Part shown: piece after piece, positions 48,676 to 60,875 of the stretch
How the letters are laid out: each line of letters opens with the position of its first letter
How positions within the stretch are numbered: position 1 is the stretch's first letter
DNA from: Zootoca vivipara
Lineage: Eukaryota
Assembly (NCBI RefSeq): GCF_963506605.1
Contig: NC_083288.1
Location: 41,788,001-41,852,000 of the forward strand
DNA length: 64,000 nt
Direction of reading: 5' to 3'
Notes under the pieces: model-generated
What the model saw: only the letters and a program-made list of their open reading frames with translations
Database searches by the model: none
Told to the model about the DNA's origin: nothing
Position numbers and translations under genes: made by a program

Positions 48676-50050
48676 CTCTAAGTGCTCCACACCTTAACCA
48701 TAGTAATACACAAAAGATTATAATCAGTGTCTTTTCTATTTCCTTTAATGAGTGATCTTGTTTTGTTTGTGATGTGTGTTTTGCTGCTTGTATTTTTAAT
48801 TTTATCTCAAAATAGAAATCCATTTTTAATTTAAAAAATTAAAAAGAAAGAGAAGCACCTTCCAATAATCCAATTTGGAGGGTTCTGGGTGTTAGCAAAC
48901 TAAGATATTATAAATTATAAGGTCTTCAGCAATCTCTGAGGAGTTCTTGCTTTGAAGAAAAACAGAATTACCCTCGATAGGGCAATTCCCGAGCGTGCTT
49001 CCTTTCTGCAATTAAAACCTATGCAAAGCTTTTGAAATAATGCTCTGAACTCAGCATGGCACCCACAACTAAGATTTCCAGACACACACCCTGCAGTGTA
49101 GTCCTTTATTTATCAGTCTCCAAACCCAGTTCTGAGCAGGTGCAATGACAGAATTAAATATCCATGGACCCTAAATACTGAGACTTTATCTGCATCAGGT
49201 CTTTGGATGGCTGGATCAGCTTTCTGTGTGCTGTTGAGTTGAACTCTTTGTTTAGCTTATACGTAAATCCGGCACTGTGTGTGATAATATAAAACGAGGA
49301 GAGGAGCATGCTTCCTTGCCAAATTCTGAGAGAGGACTTGGGGCGAGCATTTCTGACGAATGATGAAAACAAACTACTAGCTATTAAGGGACATAAACTG
49401 GATTTTTGATGGAAGCACAAGATACCTAGGTGGGAACTTGTATCAGAGCTGGAATGCCAACTCAAGAAGGAGGTCGTTCCCAGTAGATTACATGGGGCAA
49501 CCAACATACTATGCCAAACTGTGGCTCCTCAAGGACCATCATTCAACATTAAGCACCCAGGACAACAGCAGTGTCAAACAAATATCTGAGATGTTCTGAA
49601 ACCTGTTGCAGTTTAATTAATGGTATGTATGTATGTTATTTTGACACACAATATTTTGATCAAAATTAATTTAAAAACACAATCTGAAATTTAATTTCCT
49701 AAATATTCCTGTTGTTTTCAGTTAACCCAGCAAAGTAAAAAAGTTAAATGCTGAAACCTTAAGATAATTATGAGGGAAAGGAATATGATATTAAATGTAT
49801 TTACATCTAATTAAATTTGATTAAATCGAATTAATGTATATTTTAGGAGCTATTTTGTTACCATAGGGCTGTCCCTACAATTGAGCAAAGTGCCAAAGGC
49901 TATTTCAGGTGGCAAAATTAGAGGGACAAATGAAACTGTGGTCTGAATTACGCAGCAAGACTTTTAAAAGTGTCAAAAAAGGTTAGTTATGTATGCGACT
50001 ACGGCGGCTCATGTTTTGTTAGCCCCCAAATGGAAAACAAGCAATGTTCC

Positions 50051-50096
<46 letters not shown>

Positions 50097-50202
50097 TATT
50101 ATTTGTACCCCGCCCATCTGGCTGGGTTTCCCCAGCCACTCTGGGCGGCTTCCAACAGAGATTAAAATACATTAAAATATCACACATTAAAAACTTCCCT
50201 AA

Positions 50203-50556
50203 AAAGTGGCAACTTAAGTTGACAGAATATATGCAGTTTGCAGATATAGAATAAAAGAACAAGAAGAACATATGTTTAGAGAAGACTGGAAAACATTTAT
50301 TGGATATGTGGAAAATAACTGTGTACAGCCGAAAATGCTGGCAGTATTAAGATAAACTCAACAGTATGAATAAGTTATGATGGAAGTAATAATGGAATAC
50401 TGAATGGTACAGTTTCTGTAAAATATGCAGGGATTTATAATATGTAGAATGAACCATGAAAAGAGAAGAGAAGTCATTGATATCTTAAGGATGTAAAAAT
50501 GAGTACTTTAAAGTGCAAAACAGGAAATGTAATAAAAAAATTTATATACAAAATAA
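50203..50556 (+). mobile_element. L1-clade 3' end, preceded by an L2-type tail fragment (about 50051-50200, minus)
   Basis: KWQLKLTEYMQFA...FREDWKTF; UTR segment gaaccatgaaaagagaag is shared with about 19525; AATAAA. Confidence 0.6.
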
Positions 50557-50665
50557 AAGTGTTGATCCAAAGCATAGTAGCAAACAGCAAAATGTCTCAG
50601 GGCATCAATGTCCCATCCCCTGACATATTTCACTCATAACCAGATTTAGGTAAAGTATTTATCAG

Positions 50666-50667
<2 letters not shown>

Positions 50668-50746
<79 letters not shown>
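50668..50746. repeat. Compound (CT)n(CA)n microsatellite
   Basis: Direct reading. Confidence 0.95.
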
Positions 50747-50748
<2 letters not shown>

Positions 50749-50937
50749 ACCAGAACGGGTTACTTCGGGGTTTCGGTGCTCGTGCATGTGCATAAGCGCT
50801 AAATTGTGCTTTGCGCACATGCAGAAGCATTGAATTGTGACCCGCACGTGCGGAGACACAGGGCTGCAGATTGTGAACGCTGCTGGTTGCGAACGTGCCT
50901 CCCGCACAGATCACGTTCGCAACCCGAGCGTCCACTG
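50747..50937. mobile_element. Tigger-like MITE fragment (right end)
   Basis: Ends gttcgcaacccgagcgtccactg|TA; CpG-rich. Confidence 0.6.
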
Positions 50938-51384
50938 TACTATATATTGAATTTTGTTATTTGGTTTGATGCCATTTCTGGATTTAGTAGCCTTCCTCTC
51001 TCTTTATTTCTGTCTCTCTCACTCACTGTGTGTTTGTGGCAGGGCAGGTGAAAGAATTCAGTGGATTTGGGGACAAGCTGCTCATTGCAAAGTTGCTAGA
51101 ACTATTCCGAATTATATGTCCCCATAGTTGTCTGCTTTAAGTACATTTGCTCTTAATCCATTTTAAATTTATAGCTAATCAGAAAAAATAATTGCTTCTG
51201 AACACTGTTCACTTGTGATCTGATACACAGGGTGCAAGGAAGCAAAGGCCCTACTGCACTCCCTAAATTTCATAGCTGTTTAGCCTTTGTATGTTGGTAC
51301 AAACAGGCAGACAGGCTCATGGTATGTGACGAAACCGATACCTCTCCGATGGTGTATGATACTGCTTCTGTTATGTGATTCCAG

Positions 51385-52344
51385 ATGGAGTTAGTCAATG
51401 GTACCACAGTGCAGGAATTCATCTTGCTGGGATTTGGAGTTGAGAAGGAGAAGCGGTTAGTGCTCCTCATTGTTTTTACCATCCTCTACATCGTCACTTT
51501 AGTTGAGAACATCACCATTATCACAGTCGTTTTCTTAGATGCTCACTTAGCCCAGCTTCCCATGTACATCTTGCTGAGCAACTTCTCCTGGCTGGAGATA
51601 TGCTACGTGACCACAACTGTGCCCCATATGCTCTTTGACTTGGTGTCTCCTCCTGGGCTCATCTCCTTCCATGCCTGCTTCCTCCAGTTCTACTTCTTAT
51701 TCTAACTTGGCAGCACTGAATTCTTCTTCCTCTCAGCCATGGCTTTGGACCGATATTTGGCCATCTGCCACCCACTACGCTACCCACAAATAATGTCCCC
51801 AAATTCCTGCTATTCCCTGGTGGCCTCTTGTTGGGGCCTTGGATTTCTGGCCTATATCGTCCCAGCTGCTTTGATCTCCAAGCTAAACTTCTGCGGACCT
51901 AACATCATTGACCATTTTGTGTGTGATCCTGTGCCAATTCTGTCCTTGGCCTGTCCTCCTCTTGGAAATGTTCCCTTTATATGCCAGGTCATCATACATG
52001 TTTTGTTTTTAGTCAATGTATTATTTGTTGTGTTATCATATGGCACAGTCATTTTTACCCTGATAAAGTCCTCTGACCAAGGGAGTCGTCAGAAGTCCTT
52101 CTCCACCGTATCTATGCACCTCTTAGTGGTGACCCTCTTTTATGGCACAGTGGGAGCTATGTATTTAATTCCACATGGAGAAAGCCAACCAGAGGCCACA
52201 AAGGCAGCCACGCTCTTCTACACTGCTATTTCGCCATTTCTGAACCCCCTGATCTACTGTCTGAGGAATGATCAGGTGAGGGAGGCTCTGGGCAAGTTGC
52301 TAAGGAGAATATCACGCCTGCTGGTGACAAAGGGCATGGTATAA
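51385..52344 (+). pseudogene. Olfactory receptor OR-4, full length with a single in-frame stop in TM3
   Basis: ORFs 51385-51705 and 51739-52344 are in the same frame; TAA at 51703-51705 replaces the Ser of FFSLG (TCA in OR-3 and OR-5). Confidence 0.93.
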
Positions 52345-52799
52345 AAAATGCTGCTAGGAGGGGGAAATAAAGTTAAAACAAAGCAATATGCCCATTTGAA
52401 GAGATCATAGAATCATGCAGTTGGAAGGGACCCTCAGAGTCATTTTGACCAACCTCAGATCAAGTTAATTTATCCCAAGACATGCAAGCGGGGCACACAT
52501 CCCTCTTTTAAGTTAAGTCAATCAACATAGTAGTATAGGTGGAACATATCCTCTCAAAACCCTTAAGCCCCACACCTTCTAAGGGTTTTGATGGTGTTAT
52601 AGGAAGTTCCTCTGTCAAAGTCCCACCCTGAAATGATGTAGTGTAGGTGTGTAGGAGTGTGTGAAGAAATAGCAGAGGCAGAGAGAGAGGCAGAAAGGTC
52701 CATCAGGGAGGGAAGTGTAGGCTGAATGGACCTTGTGGTGCAGGGTGCCTCTCTCAGGGTTTCTGCTGTTTTGGAGGAGTGTGTGTCCTATTCTTATTC

Positions 52800-52941
52800 T
52801 TGTCTTATGCAATAAGTCTTATGCAACTTATTCTTGCATACAGTATATGGAAATAAAACAAATATTGCTAATATTGTCTTATGCAATAAGTCTTACGCAA
52901 CTTATTCTTGCATATATGGAAATAAAACAAATATTGGTAAA
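52800..52941 (+). repeat. Direct tandem duplication, unit about 74 bp
   Basis: ttgtcttatgcaataagtctta.gcaacttattcttgcata...tatggaaataaaacaaatattg occurs twice. Confidence 0.9.
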
Positions 52942-53564
52942 ATAGCACAAATGTCTGAATTCCTCTCCTCCAAACAAAACTGATTCTGGTTAAGGTGTTT
53001 CTGGAATGATTAATTGCTTGTGGAAAGGGGGGGCACACCACGATTGTAGATGCATGAAAACTGACTCCTTTTTGGAAATAAAACATTGTCAAGGCCCATA
53101 AGTTTAATTACAACTTTTACTTCCAGAACTTGCTTCATAACAAACCAGCTTGGCTGGCCTAGGGGAGAGCAAATCTGTTAATATGACAAAAGGTGTTGAT
53201 TGGCCATCTGAGAGGAACCCTTTGGCTTGGGACACAGATGTTGTCAAGGTGATGGGGTGTGTGCTTGAAGGAGCAGGAAAAGAGAGTCTTGAACAGGGGG
53301 TGCTGGGAAGAAGAAGGGTGTAAAGAGACTGGGATCTATCTTGGCTGAAGGCTGGCTGCACTTCTGTGGGGGATAAGCCCCTCTTGAAATGAACTTGATA
53401 TAAGATCTGGACTCCCTCCATGCAGACCGAATGTGTAAATAGGTAAACAAACCATATTTCTTAAAGCTACGGCAGTCTCCCACCATGTCTCAATTCTCCA
53501 AAGCAACACAGATCCTGGGTGAGTGCCTGGAGCCCCGTGGACTCTTCACAGACCACTCCACAAA

Positions 53565-54130
53565 CAGCGGCAGAGGAAGCTGGGTGTGGTAGGGGTGGTC
53601 CGCCCTGGGTGTCATTATGAGGGTGGTGACAAAATGCTCAATGCGCCCACTCCTGACCACCAGTGGCTTTAGGCAAACAACGTCACCACACTCCTTCTGC
53701 CGCCGCCGCCAGTTGCCCTGGCGGGAAAGGAGAAGCAGGGTGGAGGTGGATGTGGATGTGGAGGCTGAGGGTGGGGAGAAGTCAGAGCGAGCCCAAACCT
53801 CCAGGACACCATCACCAACCCTTGAGCCTGGTTGCGGCTCCTCCTCCTCCACCTCCTCTTCTCAGGGAGGCCATGTGATGGCCCGGCTGCGCACGCATCG
53901 CCTTGGGCCAGAGGAAGGGGGAGAAGCTGGGATATACATCTGATAGCTGCCTGCGTGGCTGTCTTTCAGGGGGGGGTGGAGGGAGGAAAGCGGAGAAGGC
54001 GGGATCTACATCAGATAGCTGCCTGCACAGCTGTCTTTGACAGGGGTGGAGGGAGGAAGGGGGCATTTCAATGTGGGGAGGTGACAAAGAATTTCTGCAA
54101 TGGGTACCATCTGGCCCTGCTACGCCACTG
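53565..54130. mobile_element. 566-bp GC-rich non-autonomous hAT-like transposon
   Basis: cagcggcagagg...gctacgccactg; perfect TSD tccacaaa. Confidence 0.85.
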
Positions 54131-54209
54131 TCCACAAAGAGAAAGAGATGCACCTAACTTTTGTAACAATATATACCAGATCTTCTTTGCAATATATGAC
54201 ACCCTAGAG

Positions 54210-54542
54210 CAGGGGTCAGCAATCTAAGGCCCATGGGATGGAAGCGGCCCGCGAAGGTCGTTTGACCGGCCACAAGCTGCCCCTGAATTGAGCTGCCCAC
54301 TCGTGTGCTGCACTAAACCGGTGCAGTGCGGTGCGGGGACTCGCTTCCGCGACACCGGAAATCGCATCTGTGCAGTCGCCGAAAATTGCGTCTGCACATG
54401 CACAGATGCCAAAAATCATGTCTGTGCACATGCAGATGCCGAAAATCATGGGTGTGCACGTTCATGCGCGAGAGATCCGGCCTACGGAGGGATCTCCGTG
54501 GGACCGAATTAGCCCAGGCAAGATAAACCTTGCTGACCCCTT
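54210..54542. mobile_element. 333-bp hAT MITE
   Basis: TIR caggggtcagcaa...ttgctgacccctt; perfect TSD ccctagag; internal ~27-bp repeats. Confidence 0.9.
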
Positions 54543-55022
54543 CCCTAGAGTAATGGCCCAGAGGAGCTGGATGTTCCATGGGAACTAAAAAGTTAGCTAA
54601 TTGCAGTGCTTTCCCTCTAGGAAAAAAAGGGTGCTGGTATACTGTAACATGAATTTGCTACAGTAAGTCCAATTACATAATTTTTTAGAACAGCTAACTG
54701 AGTTGGCCTGTTCTCCTGTTCCCTCTTCATTCCTTTTCTCCTTTAGTGTCACATCTTCTCAATTGGAAGCCTGCTGGCAGAGACAAAATTGTTTCCAATC
54801 AGTAAGCAGAATTTAGAAAATTGTAGGCACCCTATAAATTAATGACCATAATATTAAGAACAATACATCACACCGGCTCTGGTTCATGTGCTCCAAGCTT
54901 TGGCCATCCAATTTGTTCTTTAAGAAGAGCAACATTTGGAAGAGGTAGCGCTTTGGAAAACAGGAGGCGTGCATCATGCCAGAGTGGAGGGAGGCAGCCA
55001 GTGGTATAGCATTGCATCCCAC

Positions 55023-55413
55023 TCCCCAAGGGTGCTGTTTTGATAAATAAAAATGTATTGTTCCTGGGAGAGATATTCCCAAGATTCATTTCAGTTTCTG
55101 ATTAAAGCTGTAGTCAGCACTGATCAGGGGCATTTGAACTCCACTCTCCATGTACGGTATATCTGGTGATTTCCCCCCCTTTCCTCCAGAACTGCAGGAT
55201 GGTCCTTTATGTCCTTCAAACCATCTGCCTGGAAGACAACTACCAGTGCACAGAGAACACTAACCTCCATCCCAGATTCTGCTGCTGCACTTCTGATGAG
55301 CCAGTGCCGGGTCAATGTTTTAACTCCTCTTGACAACCTTTCCCCCAAATCATGTCATGAACGTCTAGTGAGTTTTTCCTGGATGACAGAGCAGCATTTT
55401 GACTCCTACTGAG
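55023..55413 (+). promoter_or_regulatory. Candidate OR-5 promoter motif and 5' non-coding exon
   Basis: tccccaaggg...attgttcctgggagagatattcccaag; donor ttgactcctactgag|gtactg at 55413. Confidence 0.55.
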
Positions 55414-55857
55414 GTACTGAGAGTGTTGTTATAGTTGTGTTGTGCTTGTGGGCTTCCCACGGGCTACTGGTTTTCCACCTGCTGGGCTAGGTGGGCCTTT
55501 GATGTGACCCAGTAAGGATCTTCTTATGGGAGTCATTGCCAGCAAAAAAGAAAAAAGAAACCTAGGTGGGAACTGTGGATTTGAATGTCATTTCTCACGG
55601 GGTGGGGGGTGGGGGTCTCTGGCTTCTTCTAGGAAATTTAAAGAAAACATTGCAAAATGATTGTGGGGAGAATTTAGAGTAAGAGGAAAGGATCGTGGGA
55701 CATGCCAATGATTCTAAGCTACATCCCGGATTTTAGACCCCAGATTTTATTAAGTCAAAGGGTATGAACCAACTTTTCCCCTTCATGCAACTTGCATGTG
55801 CATTGCTTAAAATGATGGCTGGAAACCCTCCTTTGTGTGACTGATAACTTGTAAATA

Positions 55858-56093
55858 CCCTGTTTCTCATATTTTAAGACATACCCATAAAATAAGCCAT
55901 AGCAGGATTTTTAAGCATTCAAGGAATATAAGCCATACCCCGAAAATAAGACATAGTGATAGGTGCAGCAGCAATGCCGGCCGCGGCAGGAGGAGGAGGA
56001 AAAAAATAAGACATCCCTTGAAAATAAGCCATAGTGTGTTTTTTTTGAGGAAAAAATGAATATAAGACATGTCTTATAATATGAGAAACACGG
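55858..56093. mobile_element. Tc1/mariner-type MITE
   Basis: TA|ccctgtttctcatatt...aatatgagaaacacgg|TA; repeated aaaataag(c/a)cat. Confidence 0.85.
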
Positions 56094-56459
56094 TAGGTGA
56101 AATAGGTGCACTTCTAATGGCGAGAAAATATCTATTTCGGAAGGTAATATATATCTCTTTCGGAAGGCACTGAGTTAGTTTGAATTTAAGAATCATTGTT
56201 GTGGTTTAGTTTTCTTCAGGGGACTTTGAAGCAGGAGTTCCAGTTATTTTGCATTCTTACAGGACCCTATTTATTTCCATTGTGCTTGTATACTTGTAAA
56301 TAAAGCAAATGTAGAAGCTGCAACTCAAATACCTGCTGTTCTCTCATCAAAAGGATGGGCAAGGCATTTGGGAATGCATAACAATAGAATGAAGACTAAC
56401 CACTGTAAAACAGCAGCAGCGATTGGTTCTAGGATATAATTCAAAGAACAAACTTTCTA

Positions 56460-57869
56460 TTTTTTTTTAAACATACTTTTTATTATTTTTACAGAATACA
56501 AAAAAAACAAAAAAAACCGTACATACATAAACACCTTTTCCACCTCCTTCCTACCCACCCACATGGGTCCTCCCCTGCCACAGAAGTATCCCATGTATGT
56601 GAACAGTCAGAGATGTTCCATTTTATGCTTGGATTTCTGTCCTCCTCCCCCTCCCCTGACCCCAAAGCCCCCCCCTGCCACCAGGGAGCTCCAGCAAACC
56701 AGGGCAGTACGCAGGAGGCCATCCATCCAACCATCTATTGTCATACCAAAAAAAAAAGAGAAAAATAGAAATAGGAAAAAAGAAAAAAAAGAAAGGGCAA
56801 AAAAAGAGAAAAAAACAATACAAAACAGAAAAATTTTTCTTACATTCATGATTTTAAAACCATATTTTGTGGGCTTCCCCTCCCCCCCCTTCCCCAGTTT
56901 TCATCCCTTTTTTATCATCTGCAACAGTTTCTTACTTTATAGAAATACACCTTTGTATCTTATACAACTTCAAATCACTGAAAAATCAAACTCCCATTTT
57001 ATCTTCCCGTGCCTAATTTTTTCTCCCTCTATAAGCCTCCATATTTTCACATTTTCCAAAATCCATTCACTTTTAAAACTATAACTATTCTCAATTTAAC
57101 CTTACATCCCCGATTACCGGCTCCACCCCCCCAATCCAGCAAATTCCATAATCAGCAGACCAGTTATAAACCTGTTAATCCATCCATGTAATCACAACAT
57201 CACTTTCCCTTCACCCCACCCCCTGTTTACAGTCTTTTGCCATCCAGGCCACCATACAGGGCCCCTGAATTTCTTCTCTTCTCTGCATATTTTTTCCTTC
57301 TTCCCTGTGGGCGTTCTGGAGTTCCAATAATACCAATCGTGCCCCCCTCAAAAGCGGGGCACTCCATCCAACTTTTTGTAGAGTAAAGTCATCATTTTTT
57401 CCGTGGTGTGCTTCATTTTGTGTTGAATCATCACAGTCCTCATCTTCATCTTTTCCTTCCAAATCACAGTCATCATCATTGTCATTCTCACATTCATCTT
57501 TTTCAGTGTCAAAAGCTTCATCTCCTAAAAAATCATATTCTGCCATCACCATCTGAAATTTTTTCTGTAACTCTTGCCGTCGTGTCTCCTCTTGACATAG
57601 CTCTATTCTTGTTTCCCACATTAAGGTCAAAACAGACCGCTGGAACTCAGGGGAACACTTTTTTGTTGACATAATTCAATCCTGCCAAGGTCAAAACTTG
57701 TCACGTGGGGTGGAATATGATCACAGTTTATTTTCTCGACTCCATTTTAACAAGCTGGCTGCATTCTTCAAGTCTTATTAACAATAAAGTTCGAACTCAC
57801 ATTTCACAAACATTTAAACCAGAAAAGAAATTCCACAAAGTCCAGAAATACAAAATGAAATAAAAATTG
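56460..57869 (-). mobile_element. 1.4-kb polyadenylated retro-insertion carrying an intact 153-aa ORF (57211-57672)
   Basis: AATAAA (56479-56484, minus strand), A-tail, and TSD actttcta at 56452-56459 and 57870-57877; no reverse-transcriptase motifs seen. Confidence 0.7.
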
Positions 57870-58328
57870 ACTTTCTAATGTAAATTGTACAATAAATCTC
57901 AAATATATTATTTTATCAAGGTTTTGTGCTGCTCTTGCTTTATCATTTTAAAATTAAGTAATCTCGGCACACTATCAGTTTGGTGTTATTTCTGGATTCA
58001 GTGGTGTTTGAGAGGAGTGAGACTTTCGCAAAACTGGGGATATGCTATTCACTGCAAAGCTCTAGGATATCAGAATTAAATAGCCTCAAAGCAATATATT
58101 TTAAGTGCATTATGTTATATTTTATACTTAACCAGGAAAAATAGGTGCTTTGTGTGAATAATCACTTGTGAACTGTAAAATGGGGTGGGCAGAAGAAATG
58201 TCCCACAGCATTCTGAAATGGCAAGTCTGTATAACCTTTGTTTTTCAATGCAAGCTAATGGTATTTAAACAACTGTATACCTCTTTATGCTATGCAATAG
58301 TGATTATATTATTTGACTCCAGATAGAG

Positions 58329-59282
58329 ATGGCCAATGGGACTGCAGTGCAGGAATTCATTTTGCTTGGGTTTGAAGTTGAACAGCAGAAACAATACTTC
58401 CTTCTTGTCTTCCTCGCCATTCTCTACATGCTCACTATGGCTGAGAACATCACCATCATTGCAGTCGTCTTCCTAGATAACCACCTGGCTCAGCTCCCCA
58501 TGTACATACTGCTGAGAAACTTCTCCTGGATGGAGATGTGCTATGTGTCCACCACTGTGCCCCGACTGCTCTTTGACCTGGTGTCTCCTCCTGGGTTCAT
58601 CTCTTTCCATGCCTGCTTCCTCCAGTTCTACATCTTCTTCTCACTTGGCAACACTGAATGCTTCTTCCTCTCAGCCATGGCTTTGGACCGGTACTTGGCC
58701 ATCTGTCACCCACTTCGCTACCCACAAATTATGTCCCAACATTCCTGTTCTGCTCTGGTAGGTGCATGTTGGGTTGTTGGTTTCATGTGGTACCCTATCC
58801 CAGTGATTTTGATCTCCAAGTTGTCCTTCTGTGGACCTAACATCATTGACCATTTTTTGTGTGATCCTGGGCCCATTTTGTCCCTGGCCTGCCCTCCACT
58901 CGGAAATGTTCCCCTTGTCTGCCAGATATTTATGCACGCTCTGTTTTTAATCAATGTCTTATTTGTTCTACTATTCTATGGCATTGTGATTCTCACCCTG
59001 ATGAAAACCTCTAACCAAGGCACTTGTAGGAAAGCTTTTGCTACCATATCTTTTCACCTAGTTGTTGTCACACTTTTTTATGGCTCATTAGCAGCGATGT
59101 ACTTGATTCCAAGTGGGAAAACTCATTCAGGAGTCAGTAAGGCAGTTACACTCTTCTACACAGCAATTACACCCTTTCTTAATCCCTTGATATACTGCCT
59201 GAGGAATGACCAGGTGAAAGAAGCCGTGGGCAGGTTGCTGAGGAAAAAGGAAAGATGGTTGAGGAGAAAGATGGTAGTTTAA
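58329..59282 (+). CDS. Olfactory receptor OR-5, 317 aa, intact
   Basis: MANGTAVQEFILLGF, MALDRYLAICHPLRY, KAFATISFHL, PFLNPLIYCLRN. Confidence 0.96.
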   Translation: MANGTAVQEFILLGFEVEQQKQYFLLVFLAILYMLTMAENITIIAVVFLDNHLAQLPMYILLRNFSWMEMCYVSTTVPRLLFDLVSPPGFISFHACFLQFYIFFSLGNTECFFLSAMALDRYLAICHPLRYPQIMSQHSCSALVGACWVVGFMWYPIPVILISKLSFCGPNIIDHFLCDPGPILSLACPPLGNVPLVCQIFMHALFLINVLFVLLFYGIVILTLMKTSNQGTCRKAFATISFHLVVVTLFYGSLAAMYLIPSGKTHSGVSKAVTLFYTAITPFLNPLIYCLRNDQVKEAVGRLLRKKERWLRRKMVV

Positions 59283-59898
59283 TAAGGCTGAAGGAAACAA
59301 GTGTCACAAAACACCTAAGCATGTATTCAAATTTATTAAAATGAATGTATTTACAGTTGGAGTCCATAAGGTAGAATAGAACACTTGCCTGAATTGACAT
59401 TTATTTGTATAGTGTGACTTAACCTTCCTCTCTTTCCCCTTGCATAACCCCCCAAAATCTCCTCCAGAGGAACCATTCAAAGCAGATTTTGAGGAGAAGA
59501 TGGCAAAGTCCCTTATGCGAGCAGAAGTCTGATCATAAAACAAAATAAAGCGAATAATCTGTTTTGCAAACTGATGGGAAATAGCACATAAAAAGGATTA
59601 TCTGTGGGCGTGTGTTTTTTCTCCTAAAGTGATAAACTCACTAGTGTGATTTGTGTATGTTTCTGAAATGTTATAAATGCAATAAAAAAATAATTCGATG
59701 GAAACTCCAAACAGGTGTGCCTATATAGGCAGTGTATGTGTATGTTTTAGTAAAGGGTGAACACTTCATCATTTACAATCTGAACACAAATGTAGCATTT
59801 TAATAAACAAACATGACTTCACTTTCTATGTTCTGCCATTTTCTGCTGTTTTCTGTGCACTCCCTGCCTCTAACAGAAAAAGCATCCTATACTCATAC

Positions 59899-60261
59899 AT
59901 GTTGTTGTTATTTAGTTGTTTAGTAGTGTCCGACTCTTCGTGACCCCGTGGACCAGAGCACGCCAGGCACTCCTGTCTTCCACTGCCTCCCGCAGTTTGG
60001 TCAGACTCATGTTGGTGGCTTCGAGAACACTGTCCAACCATGTCATCCCCTTCTCCTTGTGCCCTCAATCTTTCCCAACATCAGGGTATTTTCCAGGGAG
60101 TCTTCTCTTCTCATGAGGTGGCCAAAGGATTGGAGCCTCAGCTTCAGGATCTGTCCTTCTAGTGAGCACTCAGGGCTGATTTCCTTCAGAATGGATAGGT
60201 TTGATCTTCTTGCAGTCCATGGGACTTTCAAGAGTCTCCTCCAGCACCATAATTCAAAAGC
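59899..60261 (-). mobile_element. RTE-BovB LINE 3' end
   Basis: VPWTARRSN.SILKEISPECSLEGQILKLRLQSFGHLMRREDSLE.TLMLGKIEG; (CAA)n tail. Confidence 0.93.
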
Positions 60262-60804
60262 CCATAACCATTGTGTTTGGAATCACATTGTCAGGGTGAA
60301 ATAGGAAGGGGCACCATCACAGATAGAGGGTCCATGTTTCTTCTGCTTTGGACATGTAGAGGGCTGTGCCCAATAACTCTCTTCAATTTCCCCGCATTTG
60401 ACAATGAAGTGATGGTCTAAAATTAATAAATAGCAATTGCCATCAGCATTGGCATCCTGCCGGCTCCTGAAGACACACCTGTTTGGGCAAGCGCTTCCCA
60501 AAGCTGAATTCCTGATGTTATTGCTTGAACTGTTATTTCATTGTTAGGCTTTCAGTTGTTTGTTTTTATTGTATATAGACTAGACATATCACATAATTAG
60601 TTCCTGTATGGTTGCATTTAAAACTAGTAAACAAACAGCAGCCATGGCAGCAATAGGAGATGGACCCCAGATTGGGACCACGATGTTGGGGTATGGGGGT
60701 CTTTTACACTTTCCTCTGAATGAGTCCCCAACCCACACTGCCTGGTGACAATAGAACCTTTAGTCCAAGCAGCATGGGCAAAGGACAGGCACAGGGACAA
60801 TGGG

Positions 60805-60836
60805 ATAATAATAATAATAACAATAACAACAACAAC

Positions 60837-60875
<39 letters not shown>

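Noticed and set aside
53087-54168. Possible solo LTR hosting the 53565-54130 transposon (similarly 62602-63164)
   Set aside because: TG...CA ends and TATA or poly(A)-like words are present, but TSDs are imperfect or absent, so it was left uncalled.
56563-57084. 173-aa plus-strand Lys/Pro-rich ORF
   Set aside because: Low-complexity antisense reading of the retro-insertion's 3' UTR.
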